Assembly: GCA_031426555.1 (NCBI GenBank)
Contig: JANPLN010000062.1
Coordinates: forward strand, 1 to 64,000
Reading direction: 5' to 3'
DNA from: Bdellovibrionales bacterium
GTDB taxonomy: Bacteria > Bdellovibrionota > Bdellovibrionia > Bdellovibrionales > JAGQZY01
DNA: 64,000 nt
Shown here: piece after piece, positions 49,736-60,300 of the stretch
How positions within the stretch are numbered: position 1 is the stretch's first letter
How the letters are laid out: every line of letters starts with the position of its first letter
Made by a program: the position numbers and the translations under genes
Notes under the pieces: model-generated
Told to the model about the DNA's origin: nothing
The model's database searches: none
What the model saw: only the letters and a program-made list of their open reading frames with translations

Positions 49736-50881
49736 TTATTTTTTTAATCTGGCCCGCATGATTTGCGCCTTGCTGACGTTTTTAGGATCTAAACGATAGC
49801 CCTCTTCGCGGAGGTGCTTGATGATTTCGTGGGCGAGTTTTTTGTGGTCACTCGCAAAGAGATTTTGAATATTTCGAACAGATTCAAGCTGTTTTTGCAG
49901 GTGAGCTTTTTCTAGCCTTTCGATTTCATCTTCAAGTCGGGTTGAAGTGTTGCGTTCAAACTCAATTTCAAGCTCCACACTTTCTTCGCCCTCCGAGAGG
50001 TCTAGACGCTTCAAATCGCTTTCCCATTTTGCCGAGGGTGGCAGCAGCGTGCCTCGGTAGCGATCTATTGTCACAATAAAGGCATTTTTGGGATTGGGTC
50101 CGCTGCCCCAGGGAGTCACTAAATTGAGATGGAACCTGTGCCGACGAGCTAAAATGAGCACTTTGGGAATGAGTTGTACAGAGACCAAGTCTTGATTTAC
50201 CAAACGAATATTTTGCGCGATGCTATGTGAGGGAGTGTACACCTTGGAATCAAAGCGTCCTGTTTTAATGGTCTCGAAAAAGAACGGCAATAAAAGGCGC
50301 GCCTTCCCTTCGTCGTAAAAATTTTTAATAGGATGGGCGTCTTTTGCAAATTCCATTCGCGCCTCTTGGACTTCGCTGAAGCCCTCGCCTTTTTCGGTCC
50401 GCCCCACTTTGCTTTGGATTTCCACCCGCGTGGGCATGGACTCTTGGCTAAACGAACCTTTTAAATGCTCACGGTAGGAATGGTTACTGTCCCAGCGCCA
50501 GCGAAGGCGGATCGCACTGTTCTTGCTGTCGAGGAGATCCTCAGGCGTGTCGAAGTAAATATCGCGAAATACGAAGGTGTCCTCTGACGTCGTTATAAAA
50601 TAGGTTTGTTTATAATGCGGGGGCGCCTGCCAGCCCTTTTCTTGCACAATCTTGAGGAGAATTTCGTTAAGCTTTGTGTTCAATACAAGCGGGCGCTCAT
50701 GATGGGGTACCTCGACAGCGATTTTATATTCTTTTTCTTCCCGCGGAGGGGTGCCAATGATGTCTTTCGTGGCCGCAACTTCGACCACAAAAAAAGTGGT
50801 TCTGAGATATCTTTCGTAAAGACCGAAAGCCCCGGAAGTCAGCAAGAAAAAAAGACCTAAGGTTAAAAGGAACTTTTTCAC
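49736..50881 (-). CDS. Membrane-anchored CYTH/triphosphate-tunnel metalloenzyme
   Basis: N-terminal hydrophobic anchor; EKEYK; DIYFDT; AIRLR; VTID; ELEIE; terminal SK. Confidence 0.75.
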   Translation of the reverse strand: MKKFLLTLGLFFLLTSGAFGLYERYLRTTFFVVEVAATKDIIGTPPREEKEYKIAVEVPHHERPLVLNTKLNEILLKIVQEKGWQAPPHYKQTYFITTSEDTFVFRDIYFDTPEDLLDSKNSAIRLRWRWDSNHSYREHLKGSFSQESMPTRVEIQSKVGRTEKGEGFSEVQEARMEFAKDAHPIKNFYDEGKARLLLPFFFETIKTGRFDSKVYTPSHSIAQNIRLVNQDLVSVQLIPKVLILARRHRFHLNLVTPWGSGPNPKNAFIVTIDRYRGTLLPPSAKWESDLKRLDLSEGEESVELEIEFERNTSTRLEDEIERLEKAHLQKQLESVRNIQNLFASDHKKLAHEIIKHLREEGYRLDPKNVSKAQIMRARLKK

Positions 50882-51549
50882 GAGAGCTCTTCGGCCTTAC
50901 AGGGTAAAATTTCGATTTGCACCACGCCTGCTAACTTATTCATGGTGTCCATTATTTTTTTAATATCCACACTTTGTTTGGTTGTTAGATGATAAAAGTA
51001 TTCAAAAGAATTGAGCGCTGGGCGCACAGCTTTGGTAAATTCGCAGACGATACTTTGTGATTTCAGAAAAGTTTCCACCGCCGGCATCGTGTCCTCGTTA
51101 TTTACTGCGACCTTGATGATAAAATAATTATTTTTTTGGGTTGAAAAAAAGCGAAATAGCTGTTGCACCGACAATATAAAAAGAGTGCAAAAAACCGCAA
51201 TTCTCAATGCGCCGGCACCACATGCGATCCCGATGCCTATGCATAAAAAAAGGTGGAGGGTATCGCGAACATCTTTAATGGGAGTTCGAAAGCGAATTAT
51301 GGAAAGGGCCGCAAATAGTCCCAAGGCATAAAAGATATTGGCGCTCAACACGAGCAAAATCATAGTGATGACGAGACTGAGAGTCACTCCTCCAAAGAGC
51401 AATGACTCTGTGATTTTACGATTTCTGTGTCCCCAAAAAGAAATGGCTCCCGCGCAGGATGAAAGCAAGAGAGCCACCGACATTCGGGTGAACAAATCTA
51501 AAAGATCGAACTGTTCGAAGTTGATCCCAGCTTGATTTAAAAAATTCAT
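50878..51549 (-). CDS. DUF4956 family membrane protein
   Basis: LGLFAALSIIRFRTPIKD...GIACGAG; C-terminal ACT-like domain. Confidence 0.9.
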   Translation of the reverse strand: MNFLNQAGINFEQFDLLDLFTRMSVALLLSSCAGAISFWGHRNRKITESLLFGGVTLSLVITMILLVLSANIFYALGLFAALSIIRFRTPIKDVRDTLHLFLCIGIGIACGAGALRIAVFCTLFILSVQQLFRFFSTQKNNYFIIKVAVNNEDTMPAVETFLKSQSIVCEFTKAVRPALNSFEYFYHLTTKQSVDIKKIMDTMNKLAGVVQIEILPCKAEELS

Positions 51550-52313
51550 AGAAACGTTCCTTTGGTTTTATGGTGTTCGCTGCGAGTTAAGACGGAGGCT
51601 TGCAAAGCGGAGTAACATTCAAAATATTTTGAAAATCCAATTCGCTGCAGCTGCAACTCGGCCAGAAGCAAATCAAGCCACGAAGGGACTTGATCGGTAA
51701 ACTTTAATTCTAGAATATCTGCAGCTCCGCCAAAGGCCACCGACCTCTGTGGAGCGTCGTCTCCGTTTGCCGAAAAAAATCGTCCACGAAGGGATTGGTC
51801 GATGGTGAGTCGGAGGCCCGAGCCATTCGGGCATACATAGGCCTTCCGCTGAAACTGCACCCACAAAATCGGCTGGAGATGGAATCGGTGATAATTGTAA
51901 AGAAAATCGCAAGCCTCAGCCGAGGTGGCTTTAAACTCGCTGAAGATACTTGATAGCGCTTCGAGGCTGCCGCTCAAAGGGGAGCGATTGGTCACCAGGG
52001 CGTGTCGAGATTTTCTCGAAAAAGCACCATGTTTACTTTTGACCTCTAAAAAAACCGGGGTTGGTTTATCGTTGTAAAAACGGACACGAAATTTTTGTTT
52101 AAACTGGTTGCCGTTGGCTTTTTGTGAAAGGCACATGAGATCGGGAGAATCAAAATAAAGGCTCGAGACGTCATATCCGAGTGACGTCGTCATGGCAGTG
52201 TCCTGCACCATGAAAGTCTTGATATACTGAGACAAGATTTTTTGACCTGATAGGTTGATAAAATACTTCAATTCCTGACGCATCATGGGGACGCTTTTAT
52301 ATTTCAATATCAT
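51546..52313 (-). CDS. VTC (polyphosphate polymerase) domain protein
   Basis: RQELKY, SLYFD, KFRVRFY, FLEVK, RLTID, ILELK, FSKY. Confidence 0.9.
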   Translation of the reverse strand: MILKYKSVPMMRQELKYFINLSGQKILSQYIKTFMVQDTAMTTSLGYDVSSLYFDSPDLMCLSQKANGNQFKQKFRVRFYNDKPTPVFLEVKSKHGAFSRKSRHALVTNRSPLSGSLEALSSIFSEFKATSAEACDFLYNYHRFHLQPILWVQFQRKAYVCPNGSGLRLTIDQSLRGRFFSANGDDAPQRSVAFGGAADILELKFTDQVPSWLDLLLAELQLQRIGFSKYFECYSALQASVLTRSEHHKTKGTFL

Positions 52314-52374
52314 GAGGGTTAAAGTATTGAAATCGGACAGTATGAAGTCAAGTCACATCAACATCGGGGAGCGG

Positions 52375-53523
52375 ATGCGATATCGATATTTGGTATTCTT
52401 TCATTTAACATTTTTCATCCTGCTTCTAAACACAAGCTGTTTCAGTAAAACGGAGGTTCCGTCGCAACCACGTCGGGTCCCCACTCTCTATAGCGCCGAA
52501 CAAAAAGGTGTCTCCTACCGTAAAACCGGTTGGGACTTTGATGGTGTTATCCGAGTTGACTGCTCCTTTTACGATAAAGCGGGAAAGCTGCTCCTAGAGT
52601 TCAATCGGTCACACTGTTCACTCATCAGTGAACAAGGCTTGATTGTTTCTCGAGGGAAAGAGTCCATCTCGGTGAAAAAATTAAACAAGACAGTGGTCTG
52701 GGAAAAGCCACAGTTTGGGCATCATGATTTGTATGTATCGCCAAAAAACAAAAGGATTGTTTCGGTGGTTCGCAATAAAACTCTCTCAGGCCGCGATGAG
52801 ATTTGGCACGATGGCGTGCGCGTTTACAATCCCGAAGGTCAGCTTCTTTTTTCCTGGGACACTGCTGACCACATCGAAGAAATACAACAGCTGCTTTCAA
52901 AATCCAAAGAATCAATAGCAAAACGATATTATATTGATGACGATGCAAGAAAAATTGGAATTAAGATCAATTCTGCATCTCTCTTAGAAGATCACCCACA
53001 GCAACAAGATTTTAAAGAGTTTAGCGATGATAATGTGATTGTAAGCTTAAACCAGCTCTCACTCATCCTCATAATTGATTCTAAATCCCAAAAGATTGTT
53101 TGGAGCTATAAACTCAACGATGACTTTGGCTATGGCGTACACGCGGTTCGACCACTCAAAAATGGACGACTTTTATTTTTTGACAATAGATCGATTTTCA
53201 ATGGACTCCCCGTAAAAGCCAAGGCCCTCCCCCAAGTGGTGGAGCTTGATCCCATTACAAAAAAGCGAGTCTGGGTGTACCCCTACGAAAAAGAGCGAAC
53301 GATCCTCTCAGAAAATGGGTGCTCCGCTCACGAGATGCCAAACGGTCACATCCTCATTAGTTATGAGGAAAACCAGAGCGTGGTGGAAGTGACTCGAAGT
53401 GGAGAAATCGTTTGGGAATGGTTTCCGTACTTGATGGAAGCTGAGGGCGCTCGCTCCCCAATTGTTCACGCCGAAGCAATGACCTGGGATGACTTTAATC
53501 AATTCTTAAAAAACGCGAAGTAA
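52375..53523 (+). CDS. Arylsulfotransferase-like beta-propeller, probable lipoprotein
   Basis: LNTSC lipobox-like motif; HHD; xxNS; VHAV; FFDN; NGHILI; GEIVWEW repeats. Confidence 0.7.
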   Translation: MRYRYLVFFHLTFFILLLNTSCFSKTEVPSQPRRVPTLYSAEQKGVSYRKTGWDFDGVIRVDCSFYDKAGKLLLEFNRSHCSLISEQGLIVSRGKESISVKKLNKTVVWEKPQFGHHDLYVSPKNKRIVSVVRNKTLSGRDEIWHDGVRVYNPEGQLLFSWDTADHIEEIQQLLSKSKESIAKRYYIDDDARKIGIKINSASLLEDHPQQQDFKEFSDDNVIVSLNQLSLILIIDSKSQKIVWSYKLNDDFGYGVHAVRPLKNGRLLFFDNRSIFNGLPVKAKALPQVVELDPITKKRVWVYPYEKERTILSENGCSAHEMPNGHILISYEENQSVVEVTRSGEIVWEWFPYLMEAEGARSPIVHAEAMTWDDFNQFLKNAK

Positions 53524-53528
53524 ACCAC

Positions 53529-53927
53529 TCAAGACCCTTTCGTCTTAATCCCTTTTTTATTCAGCAACGCTCTTACCATTTCCATTTTGTCGCCTTGAAT
53601 TTCGATGGAGGCGGCTTTGCCTTCCATGGAGTAGGTGCCGCCGGAGCCGCACTTTTTTTTGAGCTCGGAGGTGAGATCTTTAAGGAAGGTTTCGTTCTTT
53701 GGCAGATCGTTGATGGCGGTGACGGTTTTGCCTCCCCGGCCCGCTTTTTCGATGCGGAGGTAGGCGACGAAGTTATAGCTTTTGGTTAGCTGCATTTTAG
53801 CGTCGAGGGCTTTAACCTCTTGTGGTTTTTCACACTTACACTCTGCGACCAGCTCTTTGCACTTTGCGCATTTTTTGTTCTGCGCGGGATCGGTGGAATA
53901 GACAAGACGTGTGTTTTTATTATTCAT
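53529..53927 (-). CDS. yciH: SUI1/YciH translation factor
   Basis: LVYSTD; GRGGKTVT; LKKKCGSGGT; IEIQGD. Confidence 0.92.
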   Translation of the reverse strand: MNNKNTRLVYSTDPAQNKKCAKCKELVAECKCEKPQEVKALDAKMQLTKSYNFVAYLRIEKAGRGGKTVTAINDLPKNETFLKDLTSELKKKCGSGGTYSMEGKAASIEIQGDKMEMVRALLNKKGIKTKGS

Positions 53928-53966
53928 TTGGTAGACCTTAGCACAATTGCGTTTTAAAATCTCTCC

Positions 53967-54197
53967 ATGTTTGATAACGAATCCCTGCTAAAGCTTGCGA
54001 ATTGGAAAATGCCCTTTGGCAAATATAAAGGCTGGGCGCTGATTGATTTGCCGGAGCCCTACGTTGTCTGGTTTTACAAAGAGGGTTTCCCTGAAGGGGA
54101 ACTGGGACAGCTGTTAGGGCTGTTGTACGAAGTTAAAATGAATGGCCTGGAATATTTGATTAAGCCCCTCAAAGACAAAAGTTTTTTGAGAGGCTGA
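53967..54197 (+). CDS. DUF3820 family protein
   Basis: MPFGKY...LIDLPEPYVVWF...GFPEGELG...K.NGLE. Confidence 0.9.
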   Translation: MFDNESLLKLANWKMPFGKYKGWALIDLPEPYVVWFYKEGFPEGELGQLLGLLYEVKMNGLEYLIKPLKDKSFLRG

Positions 54198-54222
54198 AAT
54201 GGCTTTAGGTAACTAGGTCTGA

Positions 54223-54657
54223 TCAACCGCTCCACTCAACAGAGTCTACAACGACCAAATCTAAAGTTAAATAAGAGGTTTCACCACTGCCATCCCAAAG
54301 CGGATGATCGATGGAATCAAGAATAACCACCACATAACCTACAACTCTATTATTTTGCATATTGTAGACTTTGTAAACAGTGGCTTCGTAGACGGTTCCT
54401 TGTGGCTCTAGTTGTTCATTTCGTTTCTTAACCAACTTTTCAACAGCGGCGTAGAGTTCGCTGGATTGCTCTTTCACTGGAACAACTGCAAGGGCGTAGT
54501 TTTGATTCAGCGTAATCGATTCGTCGAAGTATTCGCCCATTTCATCGACGAGCTCGCTCATGATTTTTTCGCTATCTACAAGATTTGGAAACAGCTCGAG
54601 CTGATCCTGAGCGGCAGCAAAAAAGTTGAGTAGAAAACATAAAATTAATATTGGCAT
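54223..54657 (-). CDS. Hypothetical secreted acidic protein
   Basis: AGGAGG RBS; signal peptide. Confidence 0.65.
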   Translation of the reverse strand: MPILILCFLLNFFAAAQDQLELFPNLVDSEKIMSELVDEMGEYFDESITLNQNYALAVVPVKEQSSELYAAVEKLVKKRNEQLEPQGTVYEATVYKVYNMQNNRVVGYVVVILDSIDHPLWDGSGETSYLTLDLVVVDSVEWSG

Positions 54658-54796
54658 AGGACCTCCTGTGATCAGGAGGTATTTAGGCCAGATTGCTTTG
54701 GGAAGTAAAGTTAGATTCTAGTTGAGACGTAAAGATGCAAAACGTTTAAAGCTTCAGTTGAAAAAACTTCAACGCCGTCCCTGGTGTTCATGCAGC

Positions 54797-55258
54797 TTAG
54801 TCCACGCGAATAAAATTACACAGAGTGGAACCAAAAGCTTCGTAGTTATAAATGATTCGTCCGTCGCCGAGAACTTCTAATACAATACGGTCGTCATTGT
54901 AAGAACTGGGGATAAAGCCAAGCCCCCAAACCGATCGCTGGCGCTTTAACTTTCCTTGTTTGTAAACATGGCGCGTGTAAGTGACGGCCGTCATACCGCT
55001 GCTTTCGGTGTAGTGGGACGTGTTAATTCCCGATATCACTTCGTTACGAACGACGTGTTCGTCATCTGCTAAAATAATTTGAACCTGTGTGCCACTGACA
55101 AGCAGCTCAAGTGTTGGGATGCGTGAGCAATAAAAATCACTGCCTTCAGCAACCAGCTGGTAGCTCCCCTGTTCGCTTTTTAAAGCGAGACTTTTTGCAA
55201 AAGCCTGGCTTGAAAAACTCAAAACAACAAGGCTCAGGATCGTTAGCGACATTTTCAT
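54797..55258 (-). CDS. Hypothetical secreted protein
   Basis: GGAGG RBS before MKMSLT; signal peptide ending AFA. Confidence 0.65.
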   Translation of the reverse strand: MKMSLTILSLVVLSFSSQAFAKSLALKSEQGSYQLVAEGSDFYCSRIPTLELLVSGTQVQIILADDEHVVRNEVISGINTSHYTESSGMTAVTYTRHVYKQGKLKRQRSVWGLGFIPSSYNDDRIVLEVLGDGRIIYNYEAFGSTLCNFIRVD

Positions 55259-55349
55259 AATTCCTCCGTTAGTAGACGTGAAAGGAAGGTAACCGATGGG
55301 GCCCCTTGCCACAACCCCCATATGTTTACAGATTTGCTGTTTTATGTGC

Positions 55350-55371
55350 TTAGCCCTTGTGCACGGGCTAA
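55350..55371. promoter_or_regulatory. Candidate TetR operator
   Basis: ttagccc-N8-gggctaa dyad overlapping the -35 of the tetR-like gene. Confidence 0.45.
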
Positions 55372-55392
55372 AAATTCCCTAGTCTTAAGAGG

Positions 55393-55914
55393 ATGACTTC
55401 AAAAAATGAGAAATTTTTTCGTATTTCGCTAAGTATTTTTGCCCTCGAAACGGCAAAGGGCCACCTGCGTTGGAAAGTGACTGAGCTTGAAAAAAAATCC
55501 AAGGTCAGCCGCACGCTCATTTATCGCTATTTTGGCAAAAACAAAGCTGAGATATTTAAGCATGGACTGGAAACATTTTTAAACGAATTTTATGGCTTTG
55601 CCGACGATCTCCAAAGCTCCTCTCGCTTTGCGGAAAAAATTGAAAGCGCACGGCGCTTGCTGAAAGAAAATAGAGATGCCGTGATTTTTTATCAAAAATG
55701 GCGCTTAACCGACTCGCCGATCAAAGATGTTTTTGTAAAAACGGAAGAAAAATTTAGAAAAAAAATTAAAAAGATGTTTCCGCACTTGAGCAGTGATGAA
55801 ATTTTATTAGTTCATGCTTGCATGCATGGAGTTGTAACTTCGCCTTTTTTGGAGCCTAAGGACGCAAAAAAAATATTTGAAGCTTTGGTACAAAAAGGTT
55901 TGTTCAATAACTAG
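55393..55914 (+). CDS. TetR/AcrR-like regulator
   Basis: HTH VTELEKKSKVSRTLIYRYF. Confidence 0.8.
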   Translation: MTSKNEKFFRISLSIFALETAKGHLRWKVTELEKKSKVSRTLIYRYFGKNKAEIFKHGLETFLNEFYGFADDLQSSSRFAEKIESARRLLKENRDAVIFYQKWRLTDSPIKDVFVKTEEKFRKKIKKMFPHLSSDEILLVHACMHGVVTSPFLEPKDAKKIFEALVQKGLFNN

Positions 55915-56054
55915 AAATGTTTTCAAACAATTTAAGTTTACATTCTGGGAGCAAGTGGTATTGGCCCTGAGATCGCTGAAACAAGCATCGTTAATAACAC
56001 AGCGCATCGGAAGCTGAGAGCGGACTGTTGGCAGATGATAAAACCAATACGACT

Positions 56055-57008
56055 TTAGAATTGGTAGCGCCCAATATTTGCAATATTACTCTTGTATGCC
56101 CAGTCCATAAATTCTCTAGAGCTCATTTCTGGTCCATTGTCACAACGGGTTTTCTTTGGAAGATTCTTTAATGATTCAAAAAAATCAATCATTGTTCGAC
56201 TCGTAGTTGAATGCTCAGCGAGAAGTCCTGGCGTTTTTTTTGTGCAGTCGTCGACGATATTTAAAACTTTTAATCTCCTGTCATTCTCGAATCTGTCTGA
56301 TACAAAATCAAAGGACCAAACCTCATTAGGGCGTGTCGTTTTATTGTGGGGCGCGCGAGTGACGGCCATTTGCTTTCGCCTCCTGAGATCTTTAATCTGC
56401 AAGCGTAGTTTTTTTATAATTTCTGGCCGTCCAATGTTCGCTCACAACAAGACCTTCGCGCTTTAGCAGAAAATGAATTCTCGGAAGACCAAATCTTGGG
56501 TGCTTCGTTGAAAGCTGCTTCTTTCGCAACTCAAGATCCTCATCTTTTGAGGTTCGTGGCTTGTAGGTCATCGTCGATCGATTCAGACTCAAAAAATTCG
56601 CTGTCCGGCGAACGCTCGCTTCGTAATTCAAAATCAGATACGAAGCGGATTTTCTCTGGGAATTGAGCCCTACCACTTTTTTTGAATTTACATTTTTCAA
56701 CATGACAATATCAAAACTTAGATCCGCAACGAGTTTCTTATGTTTTGAATTCTCGTATTCCAATTCTTTCAATCGTTTCGCCTCGTTGACCGTCATGTTG
56801 GAAAATTTCTTTTTCCAATTATAAATCGTCGGCTCAGACACACCAAATTCGCGCTCGAGCGTTTTTGTGGTCTCGCCTTTTCGATTGCGAATTAGAACTT
56901 TTATGATCTGTTCTTCTGTGAACTTTCTTTTCATCTTGCACTCCCTTAGTCTAGGTTGACCCGGATTCACTCAAGTTCCAAACGGTCTACATTTTTGGGG
57001 TAGCCTCA
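56055..57008 (-). mobile_element. Truncated, frameshifted IS3-family element (IS407-like)
   Basis: OrfA MKRKFTEEQII...RLKELE.EN; OrfB NEVWSFDF and DNGPE with no catalytic Glu; left end TGAGGCTACCCCAAAAATGTAGAC at 57008; no right end found. Confidence 0.9.
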
Positions 57009-57273
57009 CCTGCTGTTAGCACTCTTTATCTTTTTAATGTAACTAAGGAAAACAGTCCTATAGACTCAAGTGACACAATGACTAACAAAGCTTGATAAGA
57101 ATTTAAGTCGGGGCCAAAATATTCGTAGTTACCACGCCCTGAAGGTAAGTAAAACGTAAACTGTGATCAAAGTCTGTTCGCAGGACCATCTCAAAAACTT
57201 TGAAGAATATCGGCAAAAAGTAGTTCTACTTTCCAATTCAGGCTCTTTCAGTGTCCTAAACGAAAACTAGACT

Positions 57274-57300
57274 TCATTGTGTCTCATTTTCACCCGATAA
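57274..57300 (+). promoter_or_regulatory. Possible sigma28 promoter of the PCAT operon
   Basis: TCAT-N15-CCCGATAA, with ATG 8 nt downstream. Confidence 0.45.
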
Positions 57301-57308
57301 AAAGCTAA

Positions 57309-60300
57309 ATGCATGAAAAGATTAATTTTATTAAAAGTCACATGCCTGATCTGTATGATTTCTCAATCTTACAAATCTTGTATACGCCCGACGAATTTGA
57401 CGACGCACTAAATCGTTTTGATGTGCGTTCCTACGCAGCGGGTGAAGTAATCGCCCACGAAGGTGAAACTCCGGATGGTCTCCTAATTCCTCTTACTGGA
57501 AAAATTGAAATCTTCTCGAAGAGTTTTGAAGAGCTCGAAACAAGTGGGATGGTAGTTCCGTTTCGCAGTGTAAACACGTATGTGGCTTTGCGCCAAAGAC
57601 CGCTTAATTATTCAATTCGATTTGAGTCTGAGGGAGAGCTCCTTGTAGTCCCCTACGACGAGTTGCAAAAAAAGCTTCGCGAAAAACCAGAAGCAGCAAG
57701 ATATCTTACCCACGTCACCGAAAATATCGAAATTCGTTCCATTGCCAAATCCTTAGAGTCTCTTGGTTGCTCGGTAGATTTTAAAGTGGCACTCGTTGCT
57801 AGTTTTGAATTCCACAGTTACGAACCGCAAGAGTGGATTTTAGAATCAAATAAAACCGTGAAGCGCGCCTTTTACTTTTTTGAAGGCCAAATCATTACGC
57901 AGCAGAAGTTAAATAAGAGCGGGCGGTTATCCCAGTGGCCAATCCCTTGTCGAAGATGGTGTCTCTGGAGCGAAGCCATGGAAGGTGCAGCTGTTCAAGG
58001 GGTGTACAAAGCCACCTCCCGCACCACCGGTGTTTCGATTTCCACCGAAAGCCTTTTATTGCTCAAAACAAAATTGCCAGATGATTTTAAGAAGCTAGAG
58101 AAAACCCTCACTGAAGGTTCCATTGCTGATATTTCAAGCTCGGAGATTCAGCAAGATTTTGATGTGGAACAGTTTATCAGTCAATCGACCACGAATCGTA
58201 CCCCTCGTTTTAAAAGCTGGCCGTGGGTGGCTCAAGCGGACCTGATGGATTGTGGCCCAGCTTGTATGGCCATGGTTTCCCAGTATTTTGGAAAAAATAC
58301 TCCACTTCAGTTTTGGCGCAATATTCTCGCGACAAATCGCTCCGGCACATCCCTTTTTGATCTTGCCTTCGTCTCCGAAAAAAATGGCTATATTTCAAGC
58401 GCACTTGGTGTTGAAAGAATCGAGGAGCTCGATCCCAAACTTTTACCCTTCATCGTTGTTCGACGCGACCATTACCTCGTGGTCTACGAAATAAAAAAAG
58501 ACAAAATAGTGGTCGGCGATCCTGTCGCGGGGATTGTTAAACTCGATTTTGAGGAATTTTACGATGGGTTTGAACAGGCGGTACTAGTTTTAAAACCAAA
58601 CGAAGAATTTGCTGCGCTTCCAGCGAGAAAATACAAATACAGCCATTATTTTACACTTCTTTTGGACTTTAAAGTGGAGTTGAGTTTAAGTTTTATGATC
58701 TCATTGATGATGATCATTCTGGGCTTAGGCACTCCTTTACTTACGCAAATTTTTCTAGACGATGTGCTCGTGCGCCGCGATTTAAATATGATGTGGCTCG
58801 CTTCCGCAGGGGGACTACTCCTTGCGATCATCAATTCGTTCATGAGCTGGTCAAAAACCTATTATCAAAATTATTTAGCAACAAAACTCGATTACAAATT
58901 GAGCTCGATATTTTTGAAAAAAATAGTGAGTCTTCCGTACAGCTATTTTGTTGATCGCCACGTTGGTGACGTCATAACGCGCTTTCAAGAATTACAAAAA
59001 TTAAAGGATTTTCTCCTGCATTCCAGTGAAAGCATCGTCCTTTCGTTTTTTAGCTTACTGATTTACGGCACAATTCTTTCTTTATATTCGCCTACGATTG
59101 CGATGACTGTTGTTGGCTCCATGCCTCTTTTTGCTTTTATATCTTGGATGACGGGACGAAAGTTAACCGTGATAAGTCAGGAAATTTTCACCAAAAACTC
59201 TGAGGTTGCAAGCTCACTCAACGACACGTTCAAAGGAATCGCAGTTATTAAATCTCTAGGTGGCGAGCTGGCTACGCGATGGCGTTACCAAGAAAAATTA
59301 GTACAACTTTTAAAATCCGAAAGAGATTTCGAAATCAGCGCCAAATCTTTCGATGTTATTGTAAACTTTTATGTGGAAGTTGTTAATTATATCGTTTTAG
59401 GATTGTCTGTGTTTTTAGCGATTAAAGGGGAGCTATCACCGGGTCAGGCTATCGCCATTACCCTTTTAGCGAATCGAGTCTTCGGGCCTTTACTGCATAT
59501 TGCCGATCAGTTTGGCGAAATCCAGCAAGTCTTTTCGGTGTTTGATCGATTGAACGATGTGTTTTTTACGCAGAGTGAAAATTCGAAAAAACGTGGTCAC
59601 GTAAAAAAAGAAAAGCTATTGGGCGAAATAGAGTTTCGTGATGTGTGGTTTAGATACGGCGGCGAAGGGGCCGATTGGGTTCTAAATGGTCTTAACTTTA
59701 AGATAGAAGCAGGTACGAAATTGGCAATCGTCGGGCCAAGCGGCTCAGGCAAATCAACAGTGGTCGGTTTATTGACACGAATGTATGAGCCCACTCGGGG
59801 ACAAATCTTTGTCGATGGAAGAGATTATTTGGACTATGATGTTAATTGGCTGCGCGAAAAAATTGGTGTTCTGTACCAAGAAAGTCAGCTTTTTAGTGGT
59901 TCGATTTCGGAGAACATTGCCTTTTCGGAACCCGAGATCAATCAAAATAAAGTTGTTATGGTTTGCCAACAAGCAAATGCGAGCCATTTTATCGAAAGTA
60001 AGCCCATGGGCTACAACTACCGTTTGTCGCACGGTGGACTGGGTCTTTCAGGTGGTGAAAAACAACGGGTAGCTCTGGCGCGAACGTTTTACAAGCAGCC
60101 CGATGTCCTTGTGCTGGATGAGGCCACGTCAGCACTTGATGGTGAGGCTGAATCAGAGTTGTTGTTAACGCTTAAAACTTCCACCAGCTCCAGAACCGTC
60201 ATTAATATAGCACATCGTTACTCCACGGTCCTGTCGTCAGATCTTGTATTTGTTCTTGCTAAAGGAAGATTGGTTGGCTTTGGGAGCCACGCCGAACTGC

